In this document: positions 52,220 to 64,000 of the stretch, one piece after another | How positions within the stretch are numbered: the stretch's first letter is position 1 | Layout of the letters: every line of letters begins with the position of its first letter | Assembly: GCA_963805085.1 (NCBI GenBank) | Contig: CAWDTA010000002.1 | Coordinates: 640,001 to 704,000 of the forward strand | Direction of reading: 5' to 3' | Source: an uncultured Veillonellaceae bacterium | Lineage (GTDB): Bacteria; Bacillota; Negativicutes; JARBTT01 | Length of the DNA stretch: 64,000 nt | Translations under genes and position numbers: made by a program | The notes under the pieces: model-generated | Database searches by the model: none | What the model was told of the DNA's origin: nothing | The model's input: the letters and a program-made list of their open reading frames with translations, nothing else

Positions 52220-53776
52220 ATGAGCGTATTAAATGTCGAAAATGTCTCCCATGATTTCGGGGGAAGAACGATTCTTGAAGATGCTTCCTTCCGATTATTA
52301 AAAGGAGAGCATGTTGGTCTGATCGGTGCAAACGGTGAAGGTAAATCAACATTTCTCAACATCATCACAGGACAATTGCAACCTGACCAAGGAAAAGTAA
52401 CCTGGTCAAATCGTGTAAATGTCGGCTATTTAGACCAACATTCCGTTCTAAAAAAAGGCATGACCATTCGTGAAGTCCTTCGGACTGCGTTTGATGAAAT
52501 GTATAAATTAGAAGCTGAAATGATTGAAATTTACGATAAAATGGGCGATGCGGCTCCTGATGTACTCGATAAAATGATGGTTGATGTTGGTGAAATTCAA
52601 GATATTCTTGATCATAATAGTTTTTATATGATTGATGCGAAAATCGAAGAAATCTCCAATGGCCTTGGTTTACGTGATATCGGACTAGACAAAGAAGTTA
52701 CTGACCTTAGCGGTGGTCAACGTACCAAAGTGCTATTAACCAAACTATTATTACAAAATCCTACGATTCTTATCTTAGATGAACCGACAAATTATTTAGA
52801 CGTGGAACATATTCAATGGTTAACCAACTACTTGAAAAATTACGAAAATGCCTTTATTCTCGTATCGCATGATATTTCCTTCTTAAATGATGTCATCAAC
52901 GTGATTTACCATGTTGAAAATGCTACACTGACTCGTTATACTGGCGACTACAATCAGTTCCAAAGCATGCATGAAATGCGTAAAAAGCAAGAAAATGCTG
53001 CTTTTGACCGCCAACAGCAAGAAATCGATCGTTTAGAAGATTTCATCGCTCGTAACAAGGCTCGTGTTGCCACTCGTGGGATGGCAAATAGCCGTCAAAA
53101 ACGTTTAGATAAAATGGAAATCCTCGAAAAACCGAAAGAAAAACCAAAGCCACACTTTAAATTCAACGAAGCAAGAACCCCTAGTCGTTTCATAATCGAA
53201 GCAAAACAACTTGTGCTTGGCTATGACGAACCACTTACTAAACCAGTAGATATCGTTTTAGAACGTGGGCAAAAAATCGCGATTCGCGGTGTAAATGGTC
53301 TTGGTAAAACAACGCTATTAAAAACATTACTCGGTAAAATACCAGCCATTTCTGGCAAGGTTGAGCTTGGTGAATTCTTAGAACCTGGATACTTTGAACA
53401 AGAATCTAGTCGTGATAACGACAATACTGCCCTTGAAGAACTCTGGGCAGAATATCCCGGTATGAGCAATTATGAAGTACGTGCTGCTCTAGCCAATTGC
53501 GGTTTAACCAATGAACATATCACCAGTAAAATGATGGTGCTAAGCGGTGGGGAAGCGGCTAAAGTTCGCCTTTGTAAAGTAATGCAAAATAAGATCAACC
53601 TACTCGTACTAGATGAACCGACAAATCACTTAGATGTTGAAGCAAAAGAAGAGTTAAAATCTGCTTTAATCAACTTTAAAGGTACCATCCTCCTCGTATC
53701 TCATGAACCACAATTCTATGAAGACTGGGTAACCGATGTATGGAACGTCGAAGGCTGGACAACCAAAATCGTATAA
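52220..53776 (+). CDS. ABC-F ATPase (YfmM-like)
   Basis: Two NBDs (GANGEGKST, GVNGLGKTT, LSGG, LDEPTN), no TM segments. Confidence 0.92.
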   Translation: MSVLNVENVSHDFGGRTILEDASFRLLKGEHVGLIGANGEGKSTFLNIITGQLQPDQGKVTWSNRVNVGYLDQHSVLKKGMTIREVLRTAFDEMYKLEAEMIEIYDKMGDAAPDVLDKMMVDVGEIQDILDHNSFYMIDAKIEEISNGLGLRDIGLDKEVTDLSGGQRTKVLLTKLLLQNPTILILDEPTNYLDVEHIQWLTNYLKNYENAFILVSHDISFLNDVINVIYHVENATLTRYTGDYNQFQSMHEMRKKQENAAFDRQQQEIDRLEDFIARNKARVATRGMANSRQKRLDKMEILEKPKEKPKPHFKFNEARTPSRFIIEAKQLVLGYDEPLTKPVDIVLERGQKIAIRGVNGLGKTTLLKTLLGKIPAISGKVELGEFLEPGYFEQESSRDNDNTALEELWAEYPGMSNYEVRAALANCGLTNEHITSKMMVLSGGEAAKVRLCKVMQNKINLLVLDEPTNHLDVEAKEELKSALINFKGTILLVSHEPQFYEDWVTDVWNVEGWTTKIV

Positions 53777-53812
53777 AAAATTGAGACACCCTTTAGGTGT
53801 CTCAATTTTTTT
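53775..53812. terminator. Bidirectional terminator
   Basis: aaaaaattgagacacc-cttta-ggtgtctcaatttttt between convergent genes. Confidence 0.85.
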
Positions 53813-53815
53813 ATT

Positions 53816-54742
53816 TTAAATTTCTTCAACCGTAATTTTATGGAATAGATCATCTACTATGCTTTTCGTAACAAAACCACTTTCTTTTTCCAATGCATTT
53901 GCCGTCCCACACGCTGACGCCAATTTAATTGCATTGATGATAGAATCATTTTTTTGCGTAGCAATTGCCATTCCTGCTACATAAGCATCACCTGATCCTA
54001 CAGGATTTACTGCTTTCACCTTTGGTATATTCACTTTATATATTTTATCTTTATAGCCAATGATAGAGCCATCTGCCCCTAATGATATTGCAACAATTTG
54101 GATGCCAAGATTAATAAAATTCTTTATTTCATCAATTGCATCGTTGATATTCTTAATTTTTCGTCCAGTAACTGCTTCAACTTCATCTTTATTCGGTTTT
54201 ATAAAATACGGTTTTGCTTGAATCCCATTTTTTAAAAGTTCACCACTGGCATCTAAAAATACTTTTTTCTCATAATCATTCGCAATTCCCGTCAAAAGCT
54301 CATAAAAATCATTTGGCATATTTTTAGGAGCACTTCCGGAAATAACAACGATTTCAACCTCATGAATAAGTTCATTGTATTTGTCAATAAAATACTGCTG
54401 ATCAAATGCACCGACTTCAGGCCCTGGTTCTAAGATTTCTGTTTGTATTCCATCGTCCGAAATTAAAGCCAAACAAGACCGTGTTTCTCCTTGGATTTTT
54501 ACAAAGTCTTGGTTTATTCTGTATTCTTTTAATTTTTCTTCAATAAACGCTCCCGTTTTACCGCCAATAAATCCTGTTACAATACATTTTTCATCTAAAA
54601 TGGTCATGACATTTGCTACATGAATTCCCTTTCCTCCAGGTGTATTTTCAACTTGCCTCGCTCTTATCACTTTACCTTTCGAGATGTCGGCGATTTCATA
54701 ACGTTTATCCATAGAAGCATTTAAATTTACCACTAGAATCAT
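53816..54742 (-). CDS. lacC: Tagatose-6-phosphate kinase (PfkB/LacC family)
   Basis: PGGKGIHVA, IKPNKDE, VGSGDAY. Confidence 0.85.
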   Translation of the reverse strand: MILVVNLNASMDKRYEIADISKGKVIRARQVENTPGGKGIHVANVMTILDEKCIVTGFIGGKTGAFIEEKLKEYRINQDFVKIQGETRSCLALISDDGIQTEILEPGPEVGAFDQQYFIDKYNELIHEVEIVVISGSAPKNMPNDFYELLTGIANDYEKKVFLDASGELLKNGIQAKPYFIKPNKDEVEAVTGRKIKNINDAIDEIKNFINLGIQIVAISLGADGSIIGYKDKIYKVNIPKVKAVNPVGSGDAYVAGMAIATQKNDSIINAIKLASACGTANALEKESGFVTKSIVDDLFHKITVEEI

Positions 54743-54773
54743 TTACGTATCCTCCTATTATGTCTAAAACTAT

Positions 54774-55643
<870 letters not shown>

Positions 55644-55729
55644 CTAAATTTTAAAGAACAAAGGCTCTCCTCTGCTAGGTTAGTGGATTGTCACTTAGCC
55701 TATTGGGTGAGCCTTTAGTTTCTGCTATT

Positions 55730-56770
55730 TTAAAAAACGTACATTACTTTTAAAGATTTTTCATCCTTACTTAACATTGTTTCAAATGCTTGATACCCAT
55801 CGTCTAGTTTAAATTTATGCGTTATAATGTCATCCACTCTGATTTTCCCAGAATCTAGATACTCAACGGCTGCTGTCCATTCCGCACCAGGAAATGGTGA
55901 AGAATAGCTCATCCAGGAACCAGTTACATTCAGTTCACCACGTAAAATCAATTCGAAATTTTTTGCTTCAATGTTTACATCTTTGTGCGCTGTACCAACG
56001 TAAACAATCGTTCCTAATTTATTCACTAGCGTTAGCACTTCATTTTGAATAAAGTTAATACCAGCGGTTTCAAAAACATAATCCACTTTTCCATGCTCAG
56101 AAAAATATTCTTTTACGTTCGTGTTTAGTGAATTAATTGTTTCATAGGCACCCAATCTTTTAGCTAAGTTTAATTTGTAATCATCAATGTCTACGACATA
56201 TATTTTTTCTATACCCTTTGCTAATAAACATTGCATGACCAAGATCCCAATCGTGCCACAGCCATAAACAATTGCTTTTTTACCGCCTTGAATAGTTGCT
56301 CTTTCCACTCCATGAATGGCAACAGTGATTGGTTCTATACATGCAGCTTGCTCATAGCTTACTTTTTCTGATATTTTTACAACATTTTTACTTGGAACAA
56401 CAACGTATTCTGCCATTGCGCCATTTTCTCGGGACCCAATAAAGGAATAATGCGTACACATTGCCGGTTTACCTTTTTGGCAATTTTCACACTTTTCACA
56501 AGGAATCAACGGTGCGGCCGTCACTCTATCCCCAACCTTACAGCTAGTTACATTTTCTCCGACTTGAGCAATATCTCCAGAAAACTCATGTCCAATAACA
56601 ATAGGATAATTATGCACACCACCATCTTTTGCTCTTGGTACATCAGAACCGCAAATACCACATGCTCTTACTTTAATCAACACTTTATCGGCTGTTACCT
56701 CAGGTTTTGGAATATCTTGATAAACAAGTTTCTTTATTCCTTCTACAACCAGTGCTTTCATTGTTGCCAT
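55730..56770 (-). CDS. gatD: Galactitol-1-phosphate 5-dehydrogenase (Zn-MDR)
   Basis: CGICGSD, GHEFSG, CxxCxxC, GSWMSYSSPFPG. Confidence 0.88.
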   Translation of the reverse strand: MATMKALVVEGIKKLVYQDIPKPEVTADKVLIKVRACGICGSDVPRAKDGGVHNYPIVIGHEFSGDIAQVGENVTSCKVGDRVTAAPLIPCEKCENCQKGKPAMCTHYSFIGSRENGAMAEYVVVPSKNVVKISEKVSYEQAACIEPITVAIHGVERATIQGGKKAIVYGCGTIGILVMQCLLAKGIEKIYVVDIDDYKLNLAKRLGAYETINSLNTNVKEYFSEHGKVDYVFETAGINFIQNEVLTLVNKLGTIVYVGTAHKDVNIEAKNFELILRGELNVTGSWMSYSSPFPGAEWTAAVEYLDSGKIRVDDIITHKFKLDDGYQAFETMLSKDEKSLKVMYVF

Positions 56771-58153
56771 TTATTCAGCCATCTCCTTTTGCCCTTCCCT
56801 CGATTCAGCAACTATCCTATTTTGTCCTTTTTTATACCAAAAATAGGTGAATATCACACAAGCAATATAGAAGCCACCAACGCAAATGAGACCAGTTGCA
56901 TTTGTTGTATTAAATACTTGCGTTAAGATATAAGTGATTGGGCTTCCACCTTGGTCAAGAGACGCAATTTTCGCACTCGCATCCGTCAATTGTCCTGCAT
57001 TTTTTGCTAATATTGTATGCAATCCAATCGTTTGGTTTGATATCCAAATCGTTAAGCTCATTACCACCGAACCCGTGATGATTGTTCTAAACAAGTTCCC
57101 ACCATGAACACCAACTGCCATTGCAACAAAGAAGCCAATGGTTGCTAAATCACCAAAAGGAAGAATTTGATTTCCTGGAATAATTGCTGCTAAAAATATA
57201 GTAATTGGAATAAACAGTAACGAGGCTGTTACTACTACTGGATCTCCAAGTAACAATGCACAATCAAGACCAATGTAGAATTTACTATTTTTGAAGCGTT
57301 TTTGTAACATTGCTTTCGCTGCTTCTGAAACAGGAAGTAACCCACCCATAATATGTTTTACTACCTGCGGCATAAGAATGATAACAGATGCCATTTGAAT
57401 TCCTAATGTTAAAATTCCACGTATATCGTACCCTGCAAGCACACCAATCATAACTCCCATAATTGCACCCATAATTGCAGGGTCACCGATAACCCCGAAA
57501 CGTTTTTCAATTTGTCCTGGATTAATATTAATATCCTTAATAACCGGAATTTTATCTATTAGACAATTGATTGGTACTGAAATTGGGGCAAGATAACCAG
57601 TCGTACCATGCGGTAATGCGATGCCTTCTAATCCAAAATACTCTTCTGCAACTGGTGCAAACCAATCCCCTAGCTTATAAGCAAATGCCGCATGTATGAT
57701 AACTCCGACGATACCAAGTGTGTAACTACCGGTTGCAATATGAACCAATGCACCTGTAAAAGCAAAATGCCAGATATTCCAAATATCAAGATTAACGACC
57801 CTAGTCATTCTTAATGCCAGCATTACTAGGTTAACTGCAATTGCAATTGGAATTGCAACCAATGCGATATCACTTGCCCATGTCATAGGTGAAGAACCAG
57901 GCCAACCAATATCAATGATATTCATACTAATGCCAAAATTTTCTGACATGGCAACTGCAGCCTTTGCCAAATTATTTAGCATCAAACTAATAACTAAACC
58001 AATACCAACAAAACCAATACCAATTGAAATACCAGATTTTAATGATTTACCAATTGATTGTCCTAGGCATAACGCCACAATAAAAATAACAATCGGCAAC
58101 ATAACTGCTGGGCCTAAATCTACAAAATACTGTACAAAAGATAATACTCCCAT
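56771..58153 (-). CDS. gatC: PTS galactitol EIIC
   Basis: DIGWPG, DIWNIWH, IGLD, LPFGDLA. Confidence 0.93.
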   Translation of the reverse strand: MGVLSFVQYFVDLGPAVMLPIVIFIVALCLGQSIGKSLKSGISIGIGFVGIGLVISLMLNNLAKAAVAMSENFGISMNIIDIGWPGSSPMTWASDIALVAIPIAIAVNLVMLALRMTRVVNLDIWNIWHFAFTGALVHIATGSYTLGIVGVIIHAAFAYKLGDWFAPVAEEYFGLEGIALPHGTTGYLAPISVPINCLIDKIPVIKDININPGQIEKRFGVIGDPAIMGAIMGVMIGVLAGYDIRGILTLGIQMASVIILMPQVVKHIMGGLLPVSEAAKAMLQKRFKNSKFYIGLDCALLLGDPVVVTASLLFIPITIFLAAIIPGNQILPFGDLATIGFFVAMAVGVHGGNLFRTIITGSVVMSLTIWISNQTIGLHTILAKNAGQLTDASAKIASLDQGGSPITYILTQVFNTTNATGLICVGGFYIACVIFTYFWYKKGQNRIVAESREGQKEMAE

Positions 58154-58194
58154 TATAAATACACCCTCCCATAAGCTTTATTAATATTTAAAAA

Positions 58195-58470
58195 TTATTT
58201 CAAATATCCTAATATTTTCTTTTCGGTTTCTTCTTTGTTAATACCCGTTAAAAAAGCCATACCATTTACATAAGGCAAACCATAGTCTCTTTTGATTCTC
58301 ATCGTAGTTACAATTAAATCGATGCCTTGTAAACTACTTTCAATTTCAGACATACGAATTTGTAAGATTTCCACATCAACCCCATTGGCTTTACAAAGCT
58401 CTTTGATACCATTTGCCGCAACGGTCGATGTTGCTACGGCTCCACCACAAGCTACAATTACTTTTTTCAT
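58195..58470 (-). CDS. gatB: PTS galactitol EIIB
   Basis: VACGGAVATST. Confidence 0.93.
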   Translation of the reverse strand: MKKVIVACGGAVATSTVAANGIKELCKANGVDVEILQIRMSEIESSLQGIDLIVTTMRIKRDYGLPYVNGMAFLTGINKEETEKKILGYLK

Positions 58471-58487
58471 TTTTTCTCCTCCTCAAA

Positions 58488-58958
58488 TTAGTTTTTCAAT
58501 TTACTTACAAGCATGTTTCTAACTTCTTCTTTATCTCTGGAATTTAGTAATAGTTCTATACAACTCGCTTCTTGAAACATCGCAAATAATTTTTGCAACA
58601 TATCTAAATGCTGATTACTATCTTTTAATGCCAACATAAACACTAAATTGACCTCCACAGTCTCATCACAATTTTCCATGCTATGAAATACGATAGGATT
58701 CGCTAACTGTACTACAGCAATCCCATTTTCTAATACATTGTCCACTGGACTTGCATGCGGTATTGCAATCCCATTTTCCACCAACGCAATACCTGTGGGG
58801 AACCGCTCTTCTCTTTTTAATACGCTATCTATATAAGCTTTCTTGATATAGCCTTTTTCTAATAAAAATTTACCTGTTTTTTCAATTGCCGCTTTTGCAT
58901 CCTTGGCGTCTATTTTAAGTCCAATTAAATCCGTTGTAATTAACTGTTCCATATTCAT
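58488..58958 (-). CDS. gatA: PTS galactitol EIIA
   Basis: REERFPTG, IAIPHA. Confidence 0.9.
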   Translation of the reverse strand: MNMEQLITTDLIGLKIDAKDAKAAIEKTGKFLLEKGYIKKAYIDSVLKREERFPTGIALVENGIAIPHASPVDNVLENGIAVVQLANPIVFHSMENCDETVEVNLVFMLALKDSNQHLDMLQKLFAMFQEASCIELLLNSRDKEEVRNMLVSKLKN

Positions 58959-58963
58959 AAAAT

Positions 58964-60904
58964 TCACCTTCTACTAAAACTTTTGATAAAATTCTGATAA
59001 GATTTATCTTTAATCAGAGCTTTAACCCCATTTTCTTTTACTAAATATTCAAACAATTTTAAGAAAACATTTTCCCATAGATTAAACTTTTCTTTTACGA
59101 TATTGATTAGAAAGATAACTTGCACATGGTGGTCATCCCACACAATCGGCTTCTCTAGAATCAAAATCGCAATTGAAGAAGTATCCATATCGTTATACAT
59201 TGGATGCGGTATCGCTACCAAATTACCAATCTCAGTTGACGATGCTTCTTCCCTTTCAAGCACTGATATCTTTGTTTTCTCACTCATATATCCTTTTTCT
59301 ATCATTTTCGTTGTTAAAAATTCTAAAACTTCTTGTTTATTCTTCAAGGCTTTATCTTTATAGAAACAATCTTCACGAAAAAACTCTTCGTAAGCTAGTT
59401 CACTATCCATGACTTGACCAAAAATACGACTTTCAATGGTATCCATTTCATTTTTATTTAATAAATGAGTTACATGAATGATTTTTTCAGACTGCATATG
59501 TTGAATTGGTATCGTTGTTAAAATCATATCAACACTAGCTACTGTGCTTTCATCAATTTCATAACCAGGCATTGTTTTAATGACTTTAATCCGATTCTTA
59601 AAATGTTCCTCTATCTTTGTTTTAATTAAAATCGCAGTTCCAATCCCTGTTGCACACACAATAATTGCTCGTTTAAAATTGACGTCATTTTTTATACCTT
59701 TGCGGCTTAAAGCAGCTCCGAAATGAATTGCAATATAGCCAATTTCATTTTCATCAACATCAACAGCTTCGATTTTTTCAATTACACGACTTGCAATAAC
59801 CGCAATTTGAAAGGCTAATGGATATTCATTTTTGATAACTTCTAAAACCTCATTGCGAATATTCATATTAAATTTGATTCTTGTAAGCGCGATTTTAAGG
59901 TGGAGAGTAAGCCCTTTGATTAAATTTTTGTCATTGGAAAAGTCAATTTTAGCGACTTCATTTACCTTCATCATGATTTGCTTCATCATATCTTCGATAT
60001 TATCCGCTACCTGATCTTGATTTACATCTAAATACTTTTTACTTGCAATCAAATGTTGCGCAATATAATAGATTTCACTCATTGCAACATCAATGCTTAA
60101 CTTCATATAAATTTGATCAATGATATCCCTTGCAACCTGAAATTCTATCGTTTTTTCAATTTTTTTCGTTTGACTAATGGTATAAACAATTTGATTTTCA
60201 TGATTTGCTCGTTTGATAGCAATTGCTATATGAATCAACAAATTTTTAATTGCCATATCGGTTAACTTTATTGCTCGTTTTGCAGTTACCGTAAGAATAA
60301 TTTCCTCAATTTTATATAAGTCAACTTTGTCAAATAAATTTTGATAAAATTCATTTGTATAAACATCTTCTTTTGGATTACGATTAAATATATATTCAGA
60401 AATACAATATCTAATTTGCGCTTCATTGCCAGCAATCTGCATACCTCTCGTTTTATAGCTGACAATTTTAAGTGAGTATTTTACTATTTTTTTCTCAACT
60501 TCTTTGAGACTCAGTTTCAACGTTGATAAACTGATAAACATCTCATCTGCCAAATCCATTTGCGTAATTTGTTTATTTTGCAATGCATTGAATAATAATT
60601 TTTTGATGATGTAATATACCCGTGCTTCAGCTGATACCAAGCTATTTCTTTCTGGTGATTGATTTGCTAATCCTAGTCCTTCAAAAACCTCTCTATTGAT
60701 AATTTCTAGAATATATCCAGTTCTAGTTGCTGAATTGATCATAGCCCCTTTATCTTTCAAATAACTATTGAGACTTTTAATATCACTACGGATAGTCCTT
60801 GAAGATACCCCGACTAGTTTCGACAACTCCTCACCAGTAATTCCTTTATCATGCTTTAGCAACAACTTAAATATTTTAAAAACGCGCTCATTTGGTATAT
60901 TCAT
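58964..60904 (-). CDS. PRD-containing MtlR/LicR-type regulator
   Basis: HTH VSSRTIRSDI, two PRDs, EIIB CATGIGT, EIIA AIPH. Confidence 0.9.
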   Translation of the reverse strand: MNIPNERVFKIFKLLLKHDKGITGEELSKLVGVSSRTIRSDIKSLNSYLKDKGAMINSATRTGYILEIINREVFEGLGLANQSPERNSLVSAEARVYYIIKKLLFNALQNKQITQMDLADEMFISLSTLKLSLKEVEKKIVKYSLKIVSYKTRGMQIAGNEAQIRYCISEYIFNRNPKEDVYTNEFYQNLFDKVDLYKIEEIILTVTAKRAIKLTDMAIKNLLIHIAIAIKRANHENQIVYTISQTKKIEKTIEFQVARDIIDQIYMKLSIDVAMSEIYYIAQHLIASKKYLDVNQDQVADNIEDMMKQIMMKVNEVAKIDFSNDKNLIKGLTLHLKIALTRIKFNMNIRNEVLEVIKNEYPLAFQIAVIASRVIEKIEAVDVDENEIGYIAIHFGAALSRKGIKNDVNFKRAIIVCATGIGTAILIKTKIEEHFKNRIKVIKTMPGYEIDESTVASVDMILTTIPIQHMQSEKIIHVTHLLNKNEMDTIESRIFGQVMDSELAYEEFFREDCFYKDKALKNKQEVLEFLTTKMIEKGYMSEKTKISVLEREEASSTEIGNLVAIPHPMYNDMDTSSIAILILEKPIVWDDHHVQVIFLINIVKEKFNLWENVFLKLFEYLVKENGVKALIKDKSYQNFIKSFSRR

Positions 60905-61149
60905 TACATCACCCCTTCGGCCTGATTTAAGCTTAACAATAATCTTATCTATAGCATAGTTCGTCTATTTCCTGCTATCAAGGAAATAGGCAAACTATTA
61001 TATTAATATCTTTACGACTGAAAGTTGGATAGCGGAAATTTATCATATCATTTTTATCGTAACAAATACCATAACTAGTTCTTCCAATCTCAATGCTAAA
61101 TTTATTTTCTGTCTTCTCCCTTCAGATTCGCCCATGCTGGGTGCACAGA

Positions 61150-61198
61150 AAAAAGAGAGTCATTAAAAGCCCTCTAACTTTTAATGACTCTCTTTTTT
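61150..61198 (-). terminator. Intrinsic terminator
   Basis: aaaaaagagagtcattaaaag...cttttaatgactctctttttt. Confidence 0.8.
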
Positions 61199-61213
61199 CT
61201 GTTATTTTTATAA

Positions 61214-62464
61214 TTACTGTTTTTCTGCCACGCCTAGCTCATATACTAACTCTATGTCTTTTTTGTCGCTTTTCAACGTAAAAATACTAATTATTGTAAT
61301 AATTAGCACGACTATTCCTAGAAATAAATATGTATTTTGGAAACCAAGTATAGCATACATTCCCCCAGCAATCGAAGAAAAAAGCACAACTGCTCCTTGT
61401 TTCGCTAAATTGAATCCCAGTAAATAAACCGTAGCCGATAAGCGCACATCGAAAACCCCCGTGATATATTTCATAACCGAAACCAACATGAGTGGCATTT
61501 CAAATGCAGCGATTAAGCGTATAACAGATAGCATGACTGGTGTAGTAAAAATAGCGCTACCGATAATACGAACGAATGTTAATATCCCAAACAACAACAG
61601 CCCCTTTTTAGCTCCAATTTTATTCACTAACGCCGGAGCGAATATCATTAAAATAGCCTCTAGAGCAGTCTGCCCTGCGCATAATTTACTAAATACATCA
61701 ATGCCTGTCATTTTATCATCAAAAAAAGTTACATAATAGTTCGGAAACTGCTGATCGAACACATCATAAATAGAAGCTGTACCGACAATAATAAACGCAA
61801 AATACCAAAAATCTTTCATTTTTAGAATAGCTAAAACATCTTTCTTACTTATCTCTATTACCGCGGCTTTCTCTTTTTCTGGTACCTGTTCTTGTTTTAC
61901 ACGAGCTGTATACAAAAGCACACATAGTAATACTGCTGAACCTGAACCAAACCAGAAAATATTATCGGGGTTCTGCACATAAAGGATACCACCAACAAAC
62001 GTAGCCGTTGCGCCCGCAATCGAGCCAAAAAGTCTAACATGCCCATATTCGAAGCCATTTTTCCTACTTACTTTTTCGATATAGGATTCAACGACACCTA
62101 CCCCACCAAAAAAACATAGGCTTAAGTAGCAACTACCTAAAAGAGCGCCTGCCATTACATTAAATTGCAATAATTTTATAAAAATAAAATTAAAAAACGG
62201 CCCCATAAACAGCAAGGCAATTGCAATTAAAGCAAACAAATTTTTGCGATACCGCAACTTATCTTGAATATAACCAAAAAAAGGATGGTAGCAAAGCGCC
62301 ATCAATGACATAGCTGAGAAAACAATACCAGACTGCGCTTCATCCAAATGTGCAATATCCTTTAACCATAACGGTAGAAATGCTAAAACTACCGCCCAAA
62401 TCATGAAATAAAAATAAAATAATCCACCAAAATTCATAAAATCCCTGTTCAGTATTTTATTCAT
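61214..62464 (-). CDS. Oligosaccharide:H+ symporter (LacY/RafB family)
   Basis: FGYIQDKL, ESYIEKVSR, FEYGHVRLFGS, YDVFDQQF, FEMP. Confidence 0.9.
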   Translation of the reverse strand: MNKILNRDFMNFGGLFYFYFMIWAVVLAFLPLWLKDIAHLDEAQSGIVFSAMSLMALCYHPFFGYIQDKLRYRKNLFALIAIALLFMGPFFNFIFIKLLQFNVMAGALLGSCYLSLCFFGGVGVVESYIEKVSRKNGFEYGHVRLFGSIAGATATFVGGILYVQNPDNIFWFGSGSAVLLCVLLYTARVKQEQVPEKEKAAVIEISKKDVLAILKMKDFWYFAFIIVGTASIYDVFDQQFPNYYVTFFDDKMTGIDVFSKLCAGQTALEAILMIFAPALVNKIGAKKGLLLFGILTFVRIIGSAIFTTPVMLSVIRLIAAFEMPLMLVSVMKYITGVFDVRLSATVYLLGFNLAKQGAVVLFSSIAGGMYAILGFQNTYLFLGIVVLIITIISIFTLKSDKKDIELVYELGVAEKQ

Positions 62465-62477
62465 CTGTTTTATCCTC

Positions 62478-63464
62478 CTATTTTATCTGATTCATTACTT
62501 TGTTTTCAGCATCCCGCTCCGGTACTCCAAAATCTGGGGTTCCATCTTGATTCCAATGAATCACCTGCACTCTTGTGTGTCGGTTAGGATCATATAATGG
62601 ATCTCCTTCAATTTTCGTATAATTTCTAGCATGATATACTAACAAATCATCTTTGCCATCCTCTGATACGGTAAAACTATTATGGCCTGGCCCATATTGA
62701 TGATTTTCGTAAGAAGTTTTGAATATCGGCTGTAACGATTTTTTCCAAGTTTGTTGATTTAATAAATCATCGTTCTCATCTGCCGTCAGCATTCCAATGC
62801 AATAGTTTTCATCAGTAGCACTAGCTGAATAAGTCAAAAATATTCTGCCATTTTTCTTCAGAATTGCCGGTCCTTCATTCACGAAAAAAATCTGCGTTTC
62901 CCAATCTAGTTCCGGTTGCGTTAACATAACTGTTTCACCTGATAATGTCCATGGATCCTGCATCTTTGAAATATAAATATTCGAATGGGACTTTTCATTC
63001 ACTTTTTTATCTTCCTGTGCCCAGACATAATAAAGCTCTTCTTTATGTTCAAAAACAGTTGCATCCAATGCAAAAGATTCCCACCCAGCCTTCAACTGGC
63101 CTTTTTCCTGCCAACATGGTGTACATGGATCAGCTGATTGATTTTCAATTACATACATTCTGTGATTAAATGTATCTCCGGTGACTTCTTTATTGGGCGC
63201 AGCCGCAAAATAAATGTACCATTTATTACAAACGAAATGTATCTCCGGTGCCCATACCAACTCACTCATTTCACCTTTCTTATGCTTCTCCCAAACAACG
63301 ACCCCATCTGCATTTCCAAGTTCCTGTATACTTTTTGCCCTACGAATTTCTATCCTATCGTATTCTGGAACAGATGCTGTAAAATAATAATATCCATCTG
63401 TATGCTTATAAATAAAAGGATCTGCTCGCTGAGGTACAACCGGATTTTTATATACATTCTTCAT
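62478..63464 (-). CDS. GH43 alpha-L-arabinofuranosidase-like hydrolase (cytoplasmic)
   Basis: QRADP, WAPEIH, FALDAT, VNEGP, YSASAT, GPGHNSF. Confidence 0.9.
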   Translation of the reverse strand: MKNVYKNPVVPQRADPFIYKHTDGYYYFTASVPEYDRIEIRRAKSIQELGNADGVVVWEKHKKGEMSELVWAPEIHFVCNKWYIYFAAAPNKEVTGDTFNHRMYVIENQSADPCTPCWQEKGQLKAGWESFALDATVFEHKEELYYVWAQEDKKVNEKSHSNIYISKMQDPWTLSGETVMLTQPELDWETQIFFVNEGPAILKKNGRIFLTYSASATDENYCIGMLTADENDDLLNQQTWKKSLQPIFKTSYENHQYGPGHNSFTVSEDGKDDLLVYHARNYTKIEGDPLYDPNRHTRVQVIHWNQDGTPDFGVPERDAENKVMNQIK

Positions 63465-63675
63465 TTAAACCTTCTCCTTACACATCTTGAATTTATAATG
63501 TTTTTAATATATTGAATTTTCTGTTTAATATAGCTACATTCTTTTTAAATTTTTTTCACTATCTTCGCCTATGAGTTTACCCTTCATATATTTCTCAAAA
63601 ATTATTTTTAAATTTTTATTTTTTATTTTTACATCGAAACTCCCCTTCCTACTAAAATCGCCTTACAATTGCACA

Positions 63676-63730
63676 AAACATCATACAACTTTATACTTAA
63701 TAAGATACAACTTCTTACTTTTCCTGTCAA
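63676..63730 (-). promoter_or_regulatory. Sigma70 promoter with the same tandem operator as the ara cluster
   Basis: TTGACA(63730-63725)-17-TATCTT; atacaactt at 63683-63691 and 63705-63713. Confidence 0.7.
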
Positions 63731-64000
63731 CATAAATAACTTAATAGTTTATATTTTTATAAATTATATATTTTACCTATAAAATTTATTCAATAAATTT
63801 TCAATAGAATTTTTCCACTTATATTATTTAATTATCATCAATCACTTTTTTACCTATATTTTTCATTTTTTTGCACATCTTTATCTATTATGACTATTTT
63901 TCTTTTGATCTACTGGCTTTTTATGTTTATTTTCATTATTTTATATGAATTTATATATAATTAAGTTTTATATTAACTATATATAAATTCATTTCACGAT

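Noticed and set aside
63520-63650. RBS followed by ATG-TAA upstream of the GH43 gene, and an orphan RBS at ~6945
   Set aside because: Possibly decayed genes, but no recognisable coding remnant

Overview
Low-GC Firmicute DNA. The 16S sequence and gene content suggest Negativicutes/Selenomonadales (inference). Almost all genes are on the minus strand. (1) 1-21.6 kb is an accessory region made of five co-oriented copies (3 intact, 2 partial) of a ~980-bp HUH/Y1 (RAYT-like) transposase unit bounded by ~35-bp GGGGTCAG terminal inverted repeats. The copies alternate with unrelated cargo: nested group II intron remnants plus an L-arabinose cluster; an 8-gene AT-rich operon (BKACE, RibA, two methyltransferases, a GGT-family enzyme, a RibH with a remodelled active site, an archaeal-type riboflavin synthase, a GT2); a truncated XRE repressor with a truncated S8 protease; and a broken RhuM gene carrying an IS200. 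(2) 21.6-64 kb looks like core chromosome: amino-sugar genes with a deleted PTS permease, two tandem rRNA operons flanking arsR-arsD-arsA, T-box-pheA-aroF, an anaerobic glycerol operon plus a probable pseudo-kinase GlpK, an ABC-F protein, a galactitol PTS operon and a GH43/LacY pair. The two best candidates for an undescribed system are the TIR-RAYT cargo array and the flavin/lumazine-analogue biosynthetic operon it carries. All calls were made by eye from motifs; no searches were run.
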